From Sphyrna mokarran (taxonomy: Eukaryota): DNA of 64,000 bases. The first letter of the stretch is position 1, and each line of letters begins with the position of its first letter. Shown here in pieces: positions 24,331 through 37,319 of the stretch. Below the pieces are notes generated by a model. It saw only the letters and a list, made by a program, of their open reading frames with translations, was not told the DNA's origin and ran no database searches. Location: assembly GCA_024679065.1 (NCBI GenBank), contig JAGIQG010000016.1, positions 39,246,001 to 39,310,000 on the forward strand, in the 5' to 3' direction. The translations under genes were made by a program, and so were the position numbers.

Positions 24331-25611
24331 AGAAGCAATTGGTGAAGTTGTTGGGTGCAGTACTTCTGAAGAGAAGTGGGGATGATGAATTGCTGACCAT
24401 GCAGTAACAGTCCATCCTGTACAATTAATTCATGTCTGATAGTGCAGAATATGCAGAGCTTATGAGGTAGCTCCTTGAAAATCATGGTTAGCTCCTCACA
24501 ATGATGCCATGCAATTGTCTGGATGTGATATCAGTCTATAAGGCATTTTTGAGTTCCTGAATTTAACAAGAGAACAGCATCAATATTGTCATGATTTGTC
24601 TGATCTGCAATGGGTAGGAAGCCTCTGGAGAGGCCACCAGTTAAATCCTGCTCCTTATCACATTTGCAGATGATACTGAGATTGTAGCTTTTGCATTTAG
24701 CTACATGTGTTGCAGTCATGGGGACAAGGGTCTTAGGCTACTTAGGAGTTTCTGATGATCTGTTTTAACAATTGCAGGATGACAAAGTCATGACATTTCT
24801 GACAAGCAAAGATTAAAGCAAGAAGTTCCTTTTCAATCTGTGCATAATGAATCTCAGTGTCAGCAAGGGCCATTGAAGCAAAATCTATTGGTTTGCCATT
24901 CTGGATGCAGACTTGCTAAATTCATGCTGGGAGGCATCTACTAGTATGAATATGGTGCTAAGTGTCAAAGAAATGTAATACTGATAGTGAAGCTGAGAGT
25001 GCGTGCTTGAGTCTGTTGGAGACTGTATGTAATGACATCCTCGTGGAAGAGTTGACAAAAGAGTTCCAGTGACCTCGCTATAACTTGGAATGAATGCAGA
25101 AACTTAACTTGTCATACCAAGAAAACACTGTAGAGATTGTTTGTCCACAAGATTGGCTATCTGTTGAATTGCTATTGTCTTAACTGGATTGGGTTTTATA
25201 CCATTGGCTGTGAGTAGATGACTCATGTAAACAACTGATTGATCCTGAATCTGCATTTGGCAGGATAATGTTTGAGCTGTATGATCCTGATTCTGTTGAG
25301 GATGAGATGAAGATGTACATCATTCCTCATCTAACAGGATCTGCCAGATTCAACATTTTGCATTAATGATGCTGAACACTTTAGCATTTGGCATGTCAGC
25401 TATTACCCGTTTCACCATATTTATAGGATGATGACGTCTGAGCAGTGTTTTGTTCAAGTGCACTGGGTCAATTCATAGACTAACTATGTCAACTTTCTTC
25501 ACCATTGTTGAAACCCATTTGTTGGCCTTCTCTATCAGAGTTATGACACCCAGTGCTGTCATCTAATGCAGTTCATTGACTACTTTTTGCTTCATGGCGA
25601 CTGGTACTCTT

Positions 25612-25844
25612 GATGTAGAAATGCCGGTGTTGGACTGGGGTAAACACAGTGAGAAGTCTGACAACACCAGGTTTAAGTCCAACCAATTTATTTGATAGTA
25701 AACTCACAAGCTTTCGAGGTTCTCCTCTTTGTCAGGTCAAGGTTTCCTCTTCATCACCTGAAGAAGAGGAGACCTTCAAAAGCTTGTGAGTTTACTATCA
25801 AATAAATCGGTTGGACTTAAACCTGGTGTTGTCAGACTTTTGAG
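25612..25844. mobile_element. Short fold-back Penelope pLTR insertion with two degenerate hammerheads, inside Gypsy RT
   Basis: TSD TGGTACTCTT at 25602-25611 and 25845-25854; ~85-bp inverted arms; hammerhead motifs at 25704-25738 (-) and 25754-25789 (+); removing the insert restores ALRRVPVAMKQK. Confidence 0.93.
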
Positions 25845-27639
25845 TGGTACTCTTCTTAGAGCATAGATTGTTGGCGGTAATGAACCGTCTAGTGTCATGT
25901 GATATACAACTGGTCGCCTGTCAATGATTTTACATTTGAAGTCATCTCTGAAGTCTGTTGTTGTACAGCATTCACTTGGATTTAGCTGAACAATATGATG
26001 CATTTTGCTTCAGTGTCAATCTTAACCTTCAATTGTGTGTTAGTGCAAATCATTTGAGAATGGTGAAGATCTCATCCTTTTCTGTGATGGTGTTGACACT
26101 GTCACAATAGAATGTTGTTGGAGGCTCTGTCACTTCACTGCTTTGACTGAGCTCCAGTTCATTCACCTTGCTGGCACTCCTACCCCTGAAGGATCTATCA
26201 ACTGCCATGTTGCTGATGGCAGAGAAAAGTTCCTGTGGTTTTGCTTTGCAGTGTTTTAATTAAGTGATTTCGCTTTCCACATTTGTTGCATTATTTACCA
26301 TATGCAAAACAAGATGGTCTGCTCTGAGGGTCCTGGTCACTGCAGTTGGAGCCGGGTGCATCTTGAACTGTGAATACTTTTGTGTCCCATCTAAAACCTC
26401 TGCTTCATTTTTCTGATTGTTCGTTTAACCAGCAGATACTAGTGACTGATTGCAAACTTAGACCTTATTGTCACAGCAGCTGCATGTGGACTAAATCACT
26501 GTGCATTTCACAAACTATTCAATCCTGAAACAGTTTGTTAGTGAGAATACCAAACACACATTTCTTTGCCAAGATTTTCAGATGGCTGTGTAAGATTGGA
26601 TTGATTCATCTGCTCTTTGGTTTGTTGAATTGAATGTATGTCTGTCAAGGATATTTTTTTCTGGAAGACATATTCTAAAATTCTTTTAGAATTATTTCAG
26701 GTCCTCTTTTTCTTCCTCCGTTTAGAAAACAAATGACTCAAATTTCACGAACGTCTCGAGGCCCACTAAGTTTAATAAGATATAAATCTGCGCCTTTTTT
26801 GACTTGTCAGTCATTACAATGCTGTCGTAAATATGCCACTCCTTCTTGAACCTTTCCCAACTATCTGCAATGTTTTCATCAAAGATGAACAGGGGTCAAT
26901 GTGGCAAAGTCCTTTTGCTATACTGCCAATTCCTGATACCATGTAAATGTGTTGGATTTCCAATTCACAGGACTTATAGATGATCTTCATCATCTTAACA
27001 GCTACTTCATGCTTGTACTCTAACCTACTCCCAGCTATAACTCCCATGATCCTGATATGTGAGCCTTTTTGTTGCTAGGTCATCACATTTTCTCATGACC
27101 ACTCAGTTTACATATATTATTGGTAAATTCTAGGGCATTTTGCTCTTTTTTGGCACATGGGTTTTCCACAAAAAGTCAAGCTGGGGAGTAACAAAGAACC
27201 ACAGTTTTCTGTCACTGTGATACAGTAAACAGCTTAGCCATTGAAGCTTAGCAGAAATGAAGCTTTTTTCTGTCTCTCCCTACTACTGTCCTGAAGAATA
27301 ATAAATCTCCAGATGATGGTGAGAGGAATGTTAAAAATTTCAGCTATTTATGCAGCTTTCAGGTCCAAGTTAAAGAACACATGAGGGTAGTAGAAATCAG
27401 AATATGATCATTTTGCAATTCAAGCTTTTGTCTATTCTTGTTACAATCAATTGAAATTTTCAAAGACAGATTACTAGGATAAGAAATTGACACATTTATC
27501 CAATCTGCAAATTGGAGTAGCAGGATTAATAATGGCTCTTGTACCTTGAGGTTTCATGCCTAAAGTTTCATTGGTGCCCAATGGACACTCCTGGCCACTA
27601 CAAAATAAGGCTGCATCATTCAGAGTGAAAATAATATAT

Positions 27640-27990
27640 TGACTTATATCATAATTGATTACAAAGTTAAGATAGAGTGGATATAGAAAAGATGTTTCCA
27701 CTTGTGGGGTGACCAACACAGTCATCAATAAATGCAACAGGAAATTCAGGAGACTTTTCAGAGTTATTAGAATGTCAAAAGTACCACATGGAATTTTTGA
27801 GGCAAAAATAGCATTGATGCATTTAAGGGGAAGCGACGGAAGTATATGAAGGAGAAAGAAGTAGGAGGGCATGCTGATAATGTTAGACAAAGTAGGATGG
27901 AAGAAGGCTAATGTGGAGAATATATGCCAACATACATCACTTGGCCCACAAGTGGCCTGCTTCTGTGCTGTATGTTCCCTGTTATACATA
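27640..27990 (+). mobile_element. Old CR1 3' fragment
   Basis: AAGATGTTTCCACTTGTGGGG..GGAAATTCAGGAGA..TGGCCTGCTTCTGTGCTGTA. Confidence 0.7.
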
Positions 27991-28219
27991 GTAAAAATGT
28001 TATACAATTGATAATTTGCAGTGCATTCCTTTCATGCACATCAATTTAAATTGTTTCTGAAACTAAAATTATAGGATTATCTAAAATTTCATATGAAGAA
28101 AGACAAAAGGATTTTTTATGATCGGAAGGTTGTCAAAGAGTTGCTCCTGTCACAAGGGATTACAAAACTACAATGAGCCATCTGCAGCATGGCCTGGCCT
28201 CACTGGTTCCTCTCACTTT

Positions 28220-28563
28220 GGAATCACAGAATTCCGACAATGCAAAAGAGAGTCATTTGGACTATTGAGTCTGCACCAACTCTTCAACCAACGTGTAGTG
28301 GATGCTGGAACAGAGAGCAAATTTAAAGAAGAATTAGAAGGATTTTTAATTAGTAATGGTTTGAAGAGTTATGGGGAAAAGGCAGGAAAATGGGGATGAA
28401 GAGCATGTAAGCCATGTTCAATGGCTGAATGGCCTAATTCTACTCTTATCTTATTGACTTATGAACTCTTAAAACATCTTACTGAGACTCAAACCCCCAC
28501 CATTTCCCTGCAATCCTGTGCATTTACTATGGCTAATTCACCTAACCTACACATATTTAGATA
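28220..28563 (-). mobile_element. Truncated HE1-type SINE interrupted by a plus-strand CR1 3' tail (28285-28463)
   Basis: 7-bp TSD AACTCTT at 28278-28284 and 28464-28470 flanks a CR1 tail (..GGCTGAATGGCCTAATTCTACTC..CTTATG). Confidence 0.8.
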
Positions 28564-28877
28564 ACACCTTTTCCAAATTCAAATGGATGGAAACACAAGG
28601 TGGCTTTTCTGGTCCCCCTTTCAATGGCAAATGGGATGTCAGAGAGTTGACAGGCCTTCCAAGGCAATTCTTCCCATTGCTTATTTCATATCACCAATAG
28701 TATTGGTGGTAGAAGTCCACCTAAATTGCTGAGAAGAAAGTAATTGATTTAATAGGAACATTATTACCTGCTATTTGCCCGCAGGTTAACCATGTGGTGA
28801 AGTTTGGGTAGCTTGGAGTGGACATCATTGAAGCACCCTTGCAGGCAAAATGCATCCACACCAGTCAACTAAAAGAT

Positions 28878-30250
28878 GGGAATGGTTGCAGAGTGGTGAT
28901 GTTACTGGAGTAGTAATCCAGAGGCTAATGCTCTGAAGTTCAAATGACAGCAGCTGCTGACATTTAAAATTCAGTTAATTAACAAATCTAGAATACAAAA
29001 ATTAGTGTCAGTAATGAAATTGCCATTTTGTCATTAAAGCTCATCTGATTCATTAACATCCCCCTTTAAAGAAAGGAAATCTGCTGCCCTTTCCCAACCT
29101 GGCATTTCTGACACACAAATATTCTTAATAGTTTTTTGGAATAGTTCTATAAGTCACTCAATTGTTTCAAATTGTTACAGAAAAGTGCACAAGAATAAAA
29201 CTGATGAGCTATTATTGGGCTAACTTGATAAAGGCATACCCTGCCCAGTTGACCGCGCAAAGTAATCTTCACTAACATTAGAGGACTTGTGGCAAAACTG
29301 GGGCAGTTGTGTCATATACTAGTCAAGCTATAGCCTGACAAAGTCATTCTCAGTGATCAAACCTTACAACCAATTGCACAGACTCCTCCATCACCATTCT
29401 GGGGCATGTCCTGTAGTGAGTACTTCAGCAAGAATAGGACTGAAACATCAAAATCCATATGCAGCATGATCAAGACTAAAGTCAGGCCTGGCCTACAAAG
29501 TAACATTTGTGTCACACAACTGCCAGGCAATGATCAGCTCTAATAAGGTAAAATCAAGCCATTTTCCCTTGCCTTTGATTGCTACTACCATTGCTGTCTC
29601 CTCTTGTACTGTCAATATCTGATGGGTTACTATTCACCAGAAATTTCACCAGACCAGCCATACTATGACCACAAAAGCATGTCAAAGATTGAGACTTCTG
29701 TGTCAAATAACTCTCCTCCTAACTCCTCAAATATGTCCTTACCACAAGGTACAAGCTTGGAGTATGATGGATATTCTCTCCACTAGCCTAAATCCAATAT
29801 CACTTAAGAAGCTCAATACATCAAGGCCAAAGCAGATGCTTTTAATTGGTAGCCCCTCCATGACTTTAAACAATTACTTCTTTCAGCACTTGCGCATTGA
29901 CAATAATGTGTGCCTGCAAGATGTATGTAGCAACTCGCAAAGATTTTTTCAAAGCGGCCTCCAAATCCACAAACCCTTCAATGTAGAAGGACAACTAAGG
30001 CAGAGGACACATGGGAAGGCCATCACCTGCAAGTTATCTTCAAGTCATACACCATCCTGACTTACAATAATATCACCATTCCTCCACTGTCCCTGTGTCA
30101 AAAACCTCACTGACAACACTATGAGTGTACCTATACCAGATGGACTGCAGTGGTTTAAGTAGGCAGCTCATCACCACCTTTGCAAGAATAATTAGGGATG
30201 GGCAACAGATATTGACCTAGTTTGTGTTGCTCACATCCTGTAAATGAATG
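28878..30250 (+). mobile_element. Internally deleted CR1-like LINE with tRNA-like 5' head
   Basis: Head and body match the SINE at 20660-21044; APE start VIFTNIRGLVAKLGQL..LVKL*PDKVIL at ~29261; jumps at ~29413 to the RT C-terminus; tail ATTAGGGATGGGCAACAGAT..AATGAATGAAAA. Confidence 0.8.
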
Positions 30251-30724
30251 AAAATTCCTGTCCCTGGTTTATGAGGTGTGACCTCTGGTTTAAGACTATG
30301 GTGAGAAGGGGTTCACTAGAAATATTGCAATTGTGTGCTGGGCCCCTGGAATTTTCAGAGCTGCAGATTCCCACACTCTCCTCCAGCAAAGTAATAATTT
30401 ATGTGGTGAGCAAATTCAAAGTAGTTCCTTGACATACTTTGTTAATCAAGAGCTGTTAAATATTAGGACATCCAATTGAGGGTTTAATTTAACCCAAAGT
30501 GACAAAATGTTCTGTGGTTATTGTGTAATTAGGGCTTGGAGGTTATCATTTGCAGAGACCAGTTAAATTGGATTGAATGTGGAACTGGAAAGGTTCTCTA
30601 GGGTTCTCTTAAATACTTTTATACAATAAAAGATATTTCAGGAAATTAAATAACTGGAATTAACTCAAAATACAACAGAATTGCTTTGTGAAAAGTTTAA
30701 AGATCAAAAAGCCTTAAAAGTAAG

Positions 30725-31028
30725 AAGTTTATTTATTGGTCTCAAGTAGGTTTACATTAACACTGCAATGAAGTTACTGTGAAAATCCCATAATCGCTAC
30801 ATTCTAGCGCTGTTCGGGTGCCCTGAGAGAAGATTTAGCATAGCCAGTGCACCTAACCAGCATGTCTTTTAGACTGTGAGGGGAAACTGGGGGACCCAGA
30901 AGGAACCCTCACAGACACAGGAAAAATGTGCAGACTCTGCACAGACTGTGACCCAAGCCGGGAATCAAAACCAGGAAACCTGGTACTGTGAGGCAGCAGT
31001 GCTAATCACTGTGCTACTGTGCTGTCCC
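30725..31028 (-). mobile_element. V-SINE with alternative tail
   Basis: AAGTTTATTTATT..CAAGTAGG.TTACATTAACACTGCAATGAAGTTACTGTGAAAATCCC followed by V domain and tRNA head. Confidence 0.9.
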
Positions 31029-31816
31029 TTTCTACCAAATATCTGGTAATTATAATTTAAAATGATCAAAAACAGATTCAGGAAATCTTTAATTGAGTTT
31101 CTTCAATATCAGGATTGGGTGCAATTAGTATTGTTACTTCTCAAGTTTTGGTGAATAAACAATGACTTGAATATCAATGCATACTGAGCAATTCTTCGTA
31201 TTAAAGACAACATTTTGTTTGGTCACATGAAGGGAGATCTTTAAAATAGAATAGTGGTGGGGTGCAGTTTGAATGGGGCATAGTCCCCATCTAGTTATTG
31301 ACCCTTTTTGAAATAATTGTAGGTGGCAGTGAGGATGGGGTTAATTCTGAGTCCAACTTCCTCCTGCCTGATTAAATGCGCACTGCCACCAAACTTGTCA
31401 TGAGACTGGGCATTAAATTCTGCCCAGTATATTAATTTGTTGCGAATGTGACACACATAATGTCACCAACTCCACATACAAACATCAACCTGGGTGGAAC
31501 ATTTGTTGCTCCCAAGGTTAGTATTCAGATGGCAGTGCTGCTGCCACAATCCAAAATAACAGACTTTGCCCCATTGAGGACAGATTCTCTGCTGGTACTT
31601 GTTGGTTGGCTGAACATTGTATTTTTACATCTAATTAAACAAACTGATTCAAATTACGTGTGAGCAGCTCCAACTGATATGACTCCCTTGGCATAGGAGA
31701 ATTTGAGTTGATGGATTTAACTGGCTGCAAAGAACAAGCAGTTTGCCAACAAGAAGCTCAACTCAGCTGGAGAAAAATTAATTGGCATCAGCTCAGTTCT
31801 GGAAAAAAGGACTCAA

Positions 31817-32235
31817 CAAAAGACCTGTGTTTGCATAGCGCCTTTCACAGCCTCAGGATTTCCCAAAGCACTTTGCAGTCAATTAAGTAATTTAGAAGTG
31901 TAGTCACTGTTGTAATGTAAAAAAACATGGCAGCCATATTGTGCAGAGCAAGTTCCCACAAGCAGTAACGCGATAATGGCAAGTTAATGGCAAGTGACAT
32001 TGATTGATGGCTAATTGTTGTCCAGAATGCCGCTCTTATTCAAAATAATGTTATAGGACCTTTTACATCAACCTGGGAGATGAGGCAGTGCATCAGTTTA
32101 ACATTTCAGCCAAAGGTGGCAATTCTAGAAATGTAATGCTTTTACCGTCAGATTAGAATTTTCTGCTGTAGTCCAGGACTGAGACTTGCATGCACAACCT
32201 TTTAACTCAGTATGCTGCCAATTGAGCCATAGCTT
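31817..32235 (-). mobile_element. SacSINE1-like Deu-SINE, near full length
   Basis: AAAGAC.TG..TTGCATAGCGCCTTTCAC..CCCAAAGCACTTT tail; GTTGTAATGTA..GTGCAGAGCAAG Deu region; CCAATTGAGCCA head end. Confidence 0.85.
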
Positions 32236-32309
32236 ACAGTGCTACATGGGAGATTTTAGTATCATTGAATTGGCAGGAAGAGCAAAGCAATTAAAGAGAA
32301 TGAAGAATG

Positions 32310-33320
32310 CTTAGAGTCACAGAGTCATAATAGAGCACAGAAACAGGCCCTTTGGCTAACCGGTCCATGCTGACCGTGGTGCCCTCCCAGTTAGTCTTAA
32401 TTGCCCATGTTTGGCCCATATCCCTTGAATGTTTTCCCATCCATGTACTTATCTAAATGTTTTTTTAAATGTTGCTATTGTACTTGCCTCAATCACTTCC
32501 TCTGGCAGCTCATTCCACGCATGCATCATCCTTTTTGTGAAGAAGTTTCCCCTCAAGTCCCTTTTAAATCTTTCTCCTCTCACCTTAAACCTATGTCTTC
32601 TAGTTTTCAACTCCCCTTTCCTGGGAAAAAGGCAATGTACTTTATCATATCTATGCCCTTCACAATCAGTAAGGTCACCCCTCATTCTCCTACATTCCAA
32701 GGGATAAAATGCTAGACTGGCCAACCTCTCCTGACAACTCAGGCTCACTAGTCCTGGAAACATCCTCGTAAATCTTTTTTGTGTTCTTTCCAGTTTATCC
32801 TATAACTAGATATCCAAAACAGAACACAGTACTCTTCATGCAGCTTCTCCAATCACTTATACAACTGTAACATAATGCGGGGGAAGTCTTCCTGTCCTGC
32901 CCGCCATGGGAGTTGTAGCAGGCGGGGAGGGGGAGAGGGTGGAACCATGCAAAGATCCATTGACCTCGGGTGGGATTTTCTGGTTTTGGGGTCCGGTGCC
33001 CGAATTCACATGTTCAACGCCTGGCTGATGAAGACTGGTGTGCTAAACACCTTCTTCACCACCTTGTCTACTTGTGTCACTGCTTTCAACGATCTATGTA
33101 TTTGTATTCCTAAGTCCCTCTGTTTCCCAATACTCCCCAGGGCCCTACCATTCAGTGTGTTTGACTTTCCAAAATGCAACACCTTACACTTATCTGCATT
33201 GAAATAAATTTGATAATCCTCAGCCCACTTCCCAAACTGATCTAGACCCCCCTGTAATTTTTGATAATCTTTATTAACAACAATACCTCATTATTTAGTA
33301 TCATCAGCTTAGCTGATCAT
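32310..33320 (-). mobile_element. CR1 LINE 3' fragment with nested MITE (32878-33008)
   Basis: ORF 32449-32763 RRMRGDL..TRRHRFKVRGERFKRDLRGNFFTKR..WNELPEEV; nested MITE shares AACCATGCAAAGATCC.TTGAC with 47703-47830 and 12921-13000. Confidence 0.88.
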
Positions 33321-34276
33321 CAGAAATAAAAAGGAACGAAGTTGGTTTTGGTCTCCCAACGTTTCTCATGTCATCATTTGTACCATGACCTCAACAGTGC
33401 CCAGCTTCAGACTCAGTTCAGCTGGAGATTCTGTAGTAGAGTCCTGCAAAAGTAGGTCACAGCTCTCTTACCCTCTGCCTCAGCTGGAGGGGGAAATCCC
33501 TGGTCTGCTCCACAGCCCAGACTTCAATGCAGATTTTGTTTCAGTTGAAATACCTTTTATGTGTACTTTTTTGATGAAATACCACTTTAAATTTCTAAAT
33601 GTCAAAAGAAACTTCAGTTTCTGAGTGGTTAACATCCAGGCGCAATCACTGGCCAGTGAAATCAGGATTTCTCAGGCCTAAGAAATATTACGATGTTACA
33701 ATTGTTATATTTATATTTGAGAGACTGCCCTTGGTGTGATGTTGTGCTGAAGCTGAGAGACGAGGATTGGGTTGGGGATTAAATGCCAGCCTAGAAATGA
33801 AATTAGTACAAGCTTCATATGTGGGGATCTGTGAGGAAGTTGGGGAATGAGATTGTAGCCTATGCGTTATCACCATATTTGTACAACGCAGATGATGTTT
33901 TAAACATAATACTATGGAATATTTTGATGTCCTTGTTAGAGACAGAGTAGAATGACAACTATTTTATTCTGGTAACTATACTCATATAATAAAAATGATA
34001 ATTTTGTCTGGTAAAAAAATTCATGCCTTAGACAGTACTAAATGATAATCATTTTAAATTTGTTATGAAACTGTGATTCTAACAGATGGATGAAATTTGG
34101 TAAGGTTAATTTGATCCTAGTTCTGATTTTGTTTTATTTGAAATGCACAAGTTTGCATCTACAAAATTCTGATGCTTTCTACTACCAGAAATTGCTGTGG
34201 ATCACGTTAATGCACGATTTTGAAGTTCTTTTTACTTAATGCAAATTCTATTGAACATGGGCTGGGAGTGAGGTGT

Positions 34277-34413
34277 AAAGTTTATTTATTAGTGTCACAA
34301 GTAGGCTCACATTAACACTGTACTGAAACCTCTGTGAAAACCTCCTAGTTGCCACACTCTGGCATCTGTTTGAGTACTCTAAAAGAAAATTTAGTATGGT
34401 CAGTGCACTAACC
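34277..34413 (-). mobile_element. Truncated alternative-tail V-SINE
   Basis: AAGTTTATTTATTAGTGTCACAAGTAGGCTCACATTAACACTG tail. Confidence 0.85.
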
Positions 34414-34599
34414 AAATACCTTAGCTATGTCCCCAGCCTCCCATACATTCCTTTTGTGCTCCCTAATCAGCCCTATTCCTTCTTTTACCATCTTGTTACT
34501 ATTTCTATGCCTATAAAAAATTTTAGGATTCCTTTTATGTTATCTGCCGGTCTCCTTTCATACTGCATCTTTGCTTTGGTTATTTGCTTTATCATCTCC

Positions 34600-34912
34600 A
34601 GCACAGTGGTTAGCACTGCTACCTCATAGAGGCAGGAACCCCGGTTGAATTCCTTGCCTTGGGTCACTGTCTGTGTGGAGTTTACACATTCTCCTCGTGT
34701 TTGCGTAGGTTTCCTCTGGGTGCTCCAGTTTTCTCCCACACTCCAAAGATGTACAGATTATGTTAGTTAGCCATGCTATATTGCCCATTAGTGTCAGAAT
34801 TAGCAGGGTAGATGTGTGAGTTTAGGGGGATAGGGCCTGCATGGAATTCTTGTCGGTGCATGCTCAATGGGCCAAATGGCCTCTTTCTGCACTGTAGGAA
34901 CTCTAAGATTCT
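34600..34912 (+). mobile_element. HE1-type V-SINE
   Basis: GCACAGTGGTTAGCACTGCT head, V domain, tail GGCCAAATGGCCTCTTTCTGCACTGTAGG. Confidence 0.92.
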
Positions 34913-36959
34913 TTCCCTCTGAATCTTCTATATTTAGTCTAGTTTTCAGTTGTACTATCCATCTGACCTCTGTCACAAGGATGTTTTTTTCTTTTTCACC
35001 TTAATCTCTAACTCTCGCAATACCCAAGGAGCTCTGGATAATAAATATATGTTTAGCGTTCTTTTTGTTATGACACATCTACTTAAGACATACACAGTGA
35101 GCACCCATGTGACTCATTTGATGACTACAGTGGAGTTTTTGAGAAATGTTTCCTAATACCCCGACACAGTGCTCACCATCTGCCTGCTAACCTGCTTCTC
35201 CATTACTATGGATACCTCTGGTGGCTGCTGTTCATGTGGCTGAAGTCTTGAGGGCTCAGCCACTTTAAAAGCTTCCTGCTGAATCATAAGAGAAGCTTCT
35301 GATGCCACAGTAATTGACCACGACTGTGCAATGGCAGACAAGAGGCAGTCCCATCAGAAAAGCCCTGAGAGGAGGGTTCCAGATGGCAGCAGGAGCCATT
35401 CATCCACTGACAAGAGGACTGATTGGTCCTCTAGCCTTCCTGTGAAGCTCTCGAAACTAAATGTACAGATTCCCAGTTTGCTTATCAGCCTGGCTCTGGA
35501 CCCCTGACCTCAGAGTCAGGGTGATAATGTGCAGGTCAGAGTGTATACTTACGACAGCAGTATGGTATGTTTTCCCATCTGGGAAAGTTGCCAATCTATC
35601 CTCAGAGAAAACTTGTCACTTTAAAGAATGGATGATCGCAGTGCAAATGGCCTGGAAGGACAGATCAGGGTAGAGTGAGCAAACTTTCTAATGTACCTGC
35701 CAAATCACCATGTAACTTGCACTGGACATCCAGCATCTTCTACCTCACAGACAACTACAGAGGCTCATCATCTGACTGAGAGTTAGTCTTTGCACTACAT
35801 CAACCACTCCTCCAACTGTCCAAGGGCCGCTCCACTACACTGTCCAGCAGTTATTTGTGTGAATGTGAAGTGCCTTCATTAGATTGTGCCTGCCCTTGTC
35901 TGGCAGGTTAATCCCTGCCTAGGTGCCAGTATCGATGTTGATGCTTGGTGCAGGGTGAGGGATGCTGCATCCTCTGAGAGTTCATCTTCATCCTCAGAGG
36001 CAATGATTGGACCAATAAGTCTGACGTTTTCTGCTGAAGAACCTTCACCAGCATAGGAAACATAGGAAAAAGGACATTATTTGCCACTTGGAAGCATTCA
36101 ATAGTATCGAAAGTCACAATGCCAGACCATGAGAAGCATACCCACCAAGAGATCTGACACATAGCAACCATTAAACCACACTTGCAGCAATATTACAATA
36201 TTTCCTCTAGGAAGCTACCCTATCTTTGAACAAAAGACTTATCATTCATGAAAGCATGCCAAGCATTAGTATGCCTTCCACTTGCCCTCTCCCCTTCTAT
36301 GTCACAGTTTCAGCTCCTTTCAAACTCACCAGATCCATGCTTTCCTTCAATCCTGCTTCTACTGTTGGATTGAGTAGATTCTGTTGAAGTCAACAGGAGA
36401 ATATTCTCTCCTGTGGCATCCGGATCGCCAGATCAGACATTCAACCTCCAGTCCTGCTTCTTTCCCTGGAATTGTGGGCCCATTTTTTGAGAATAGATGT
36501 TACATTGCAATGATTATCATGCTTAGCTTAAATATCATCCCACTTCAAAGGTAAGAGAGAAATGAGTAATGCAATTATTATCACTTCTTCGTGGGATGAC
36601 ATCCCATTTCTGTGGAATTCTCTACTCCAGATTGCAGTGAACATTGGAACATTAAACAAATTTAAATAGGAAATAGATAGTTTTTAATCAGTAGTGGGAT
36701 TTAGGATTCTGAGGACCAGGCAGGATGGAGGGGATGAAGCTGAGCTGAGATCAGGCTCAAGAGAGTGAATTGTTAACTCCTACTTCTAGTTCTTATATTC
36801 AAAGGTAAGTGAGAAATGCATGATCAGCATAATGCTTGACAGCCAAGACACTGTGCATCTTCCTCATGTATAAGATCTTCTCCTGCCACAACAATGACAC
36901 CTCTACAGAGGCATCGATCCACAAACAATGTCCTTGTTGCAAAATGTTGCCTTGGGCTT

Positions 36960-37300
36960 CATAAGGCTCCAGCATTTTTGAACCTTCCCTATTCCTTCCT
37001 GAAATAAGGGTGAGGACTTATTCACCTTTGGTCATCTCAAGAGGTCTTTCAGCCTCTTCCTATATTGTGTCAAGCACACGACATGATACCCATGCTGCCT
37101 TCTCCCAGGCTGAAGATGTCATAGAGAGAAGTCCTAATGCCAGCAGATTCCTGTCTGCTGGCACTAGGACTTCACTTATTGTGAACATAGCCTGGAGGAG
37201 GCTGTGAATGGAATCATTGTCAAAATACAGAGCTTTTTGGCATTCTGCTGCTTCCTCACCCTTTGTTCTCTTGTCTCAGCCATCTATGCTGGAAAACATG
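36960..37300 (-). pseudogene. Myb/SANT-like remnant (Harbinger ORF1-type)
   Basis: Minus strand ALYFDNDSIHSLLQAM..SEVLVPADR..SAWEKAA..QYRKRLKDLLR. Confidence 0.6.
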
Positions 37301-37319
37301 ATAAAACAAAACAGTTTCT

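Larger units (their letters stand above)
23540..27117 (-). mobile_element. Decayed Ty3/Gypsy LTR retrotransposon with two diverged LTRs
   Basis: LTRs ~23540-23745 and 26942-27117 share CTTA.CAGCTACTTCA.GCTTGTACTCT; PBS TGGTATCAG (26933-26941, minus); gag ILLNLVG..KNILDRHTFN, Zn knuckle CNKCGKRNH; RT RRVPVAMKQKV..KWVSTMV; RNaseH DAS..YAQIEKELLALIFAC. Confidence 0.9.

Noticed and set aside
27474-28007. 177-aa hydrophobic ORF on the minus strand
   Set aside because: Antisense to a decayed CR1 3' fragment; no recognisable domain
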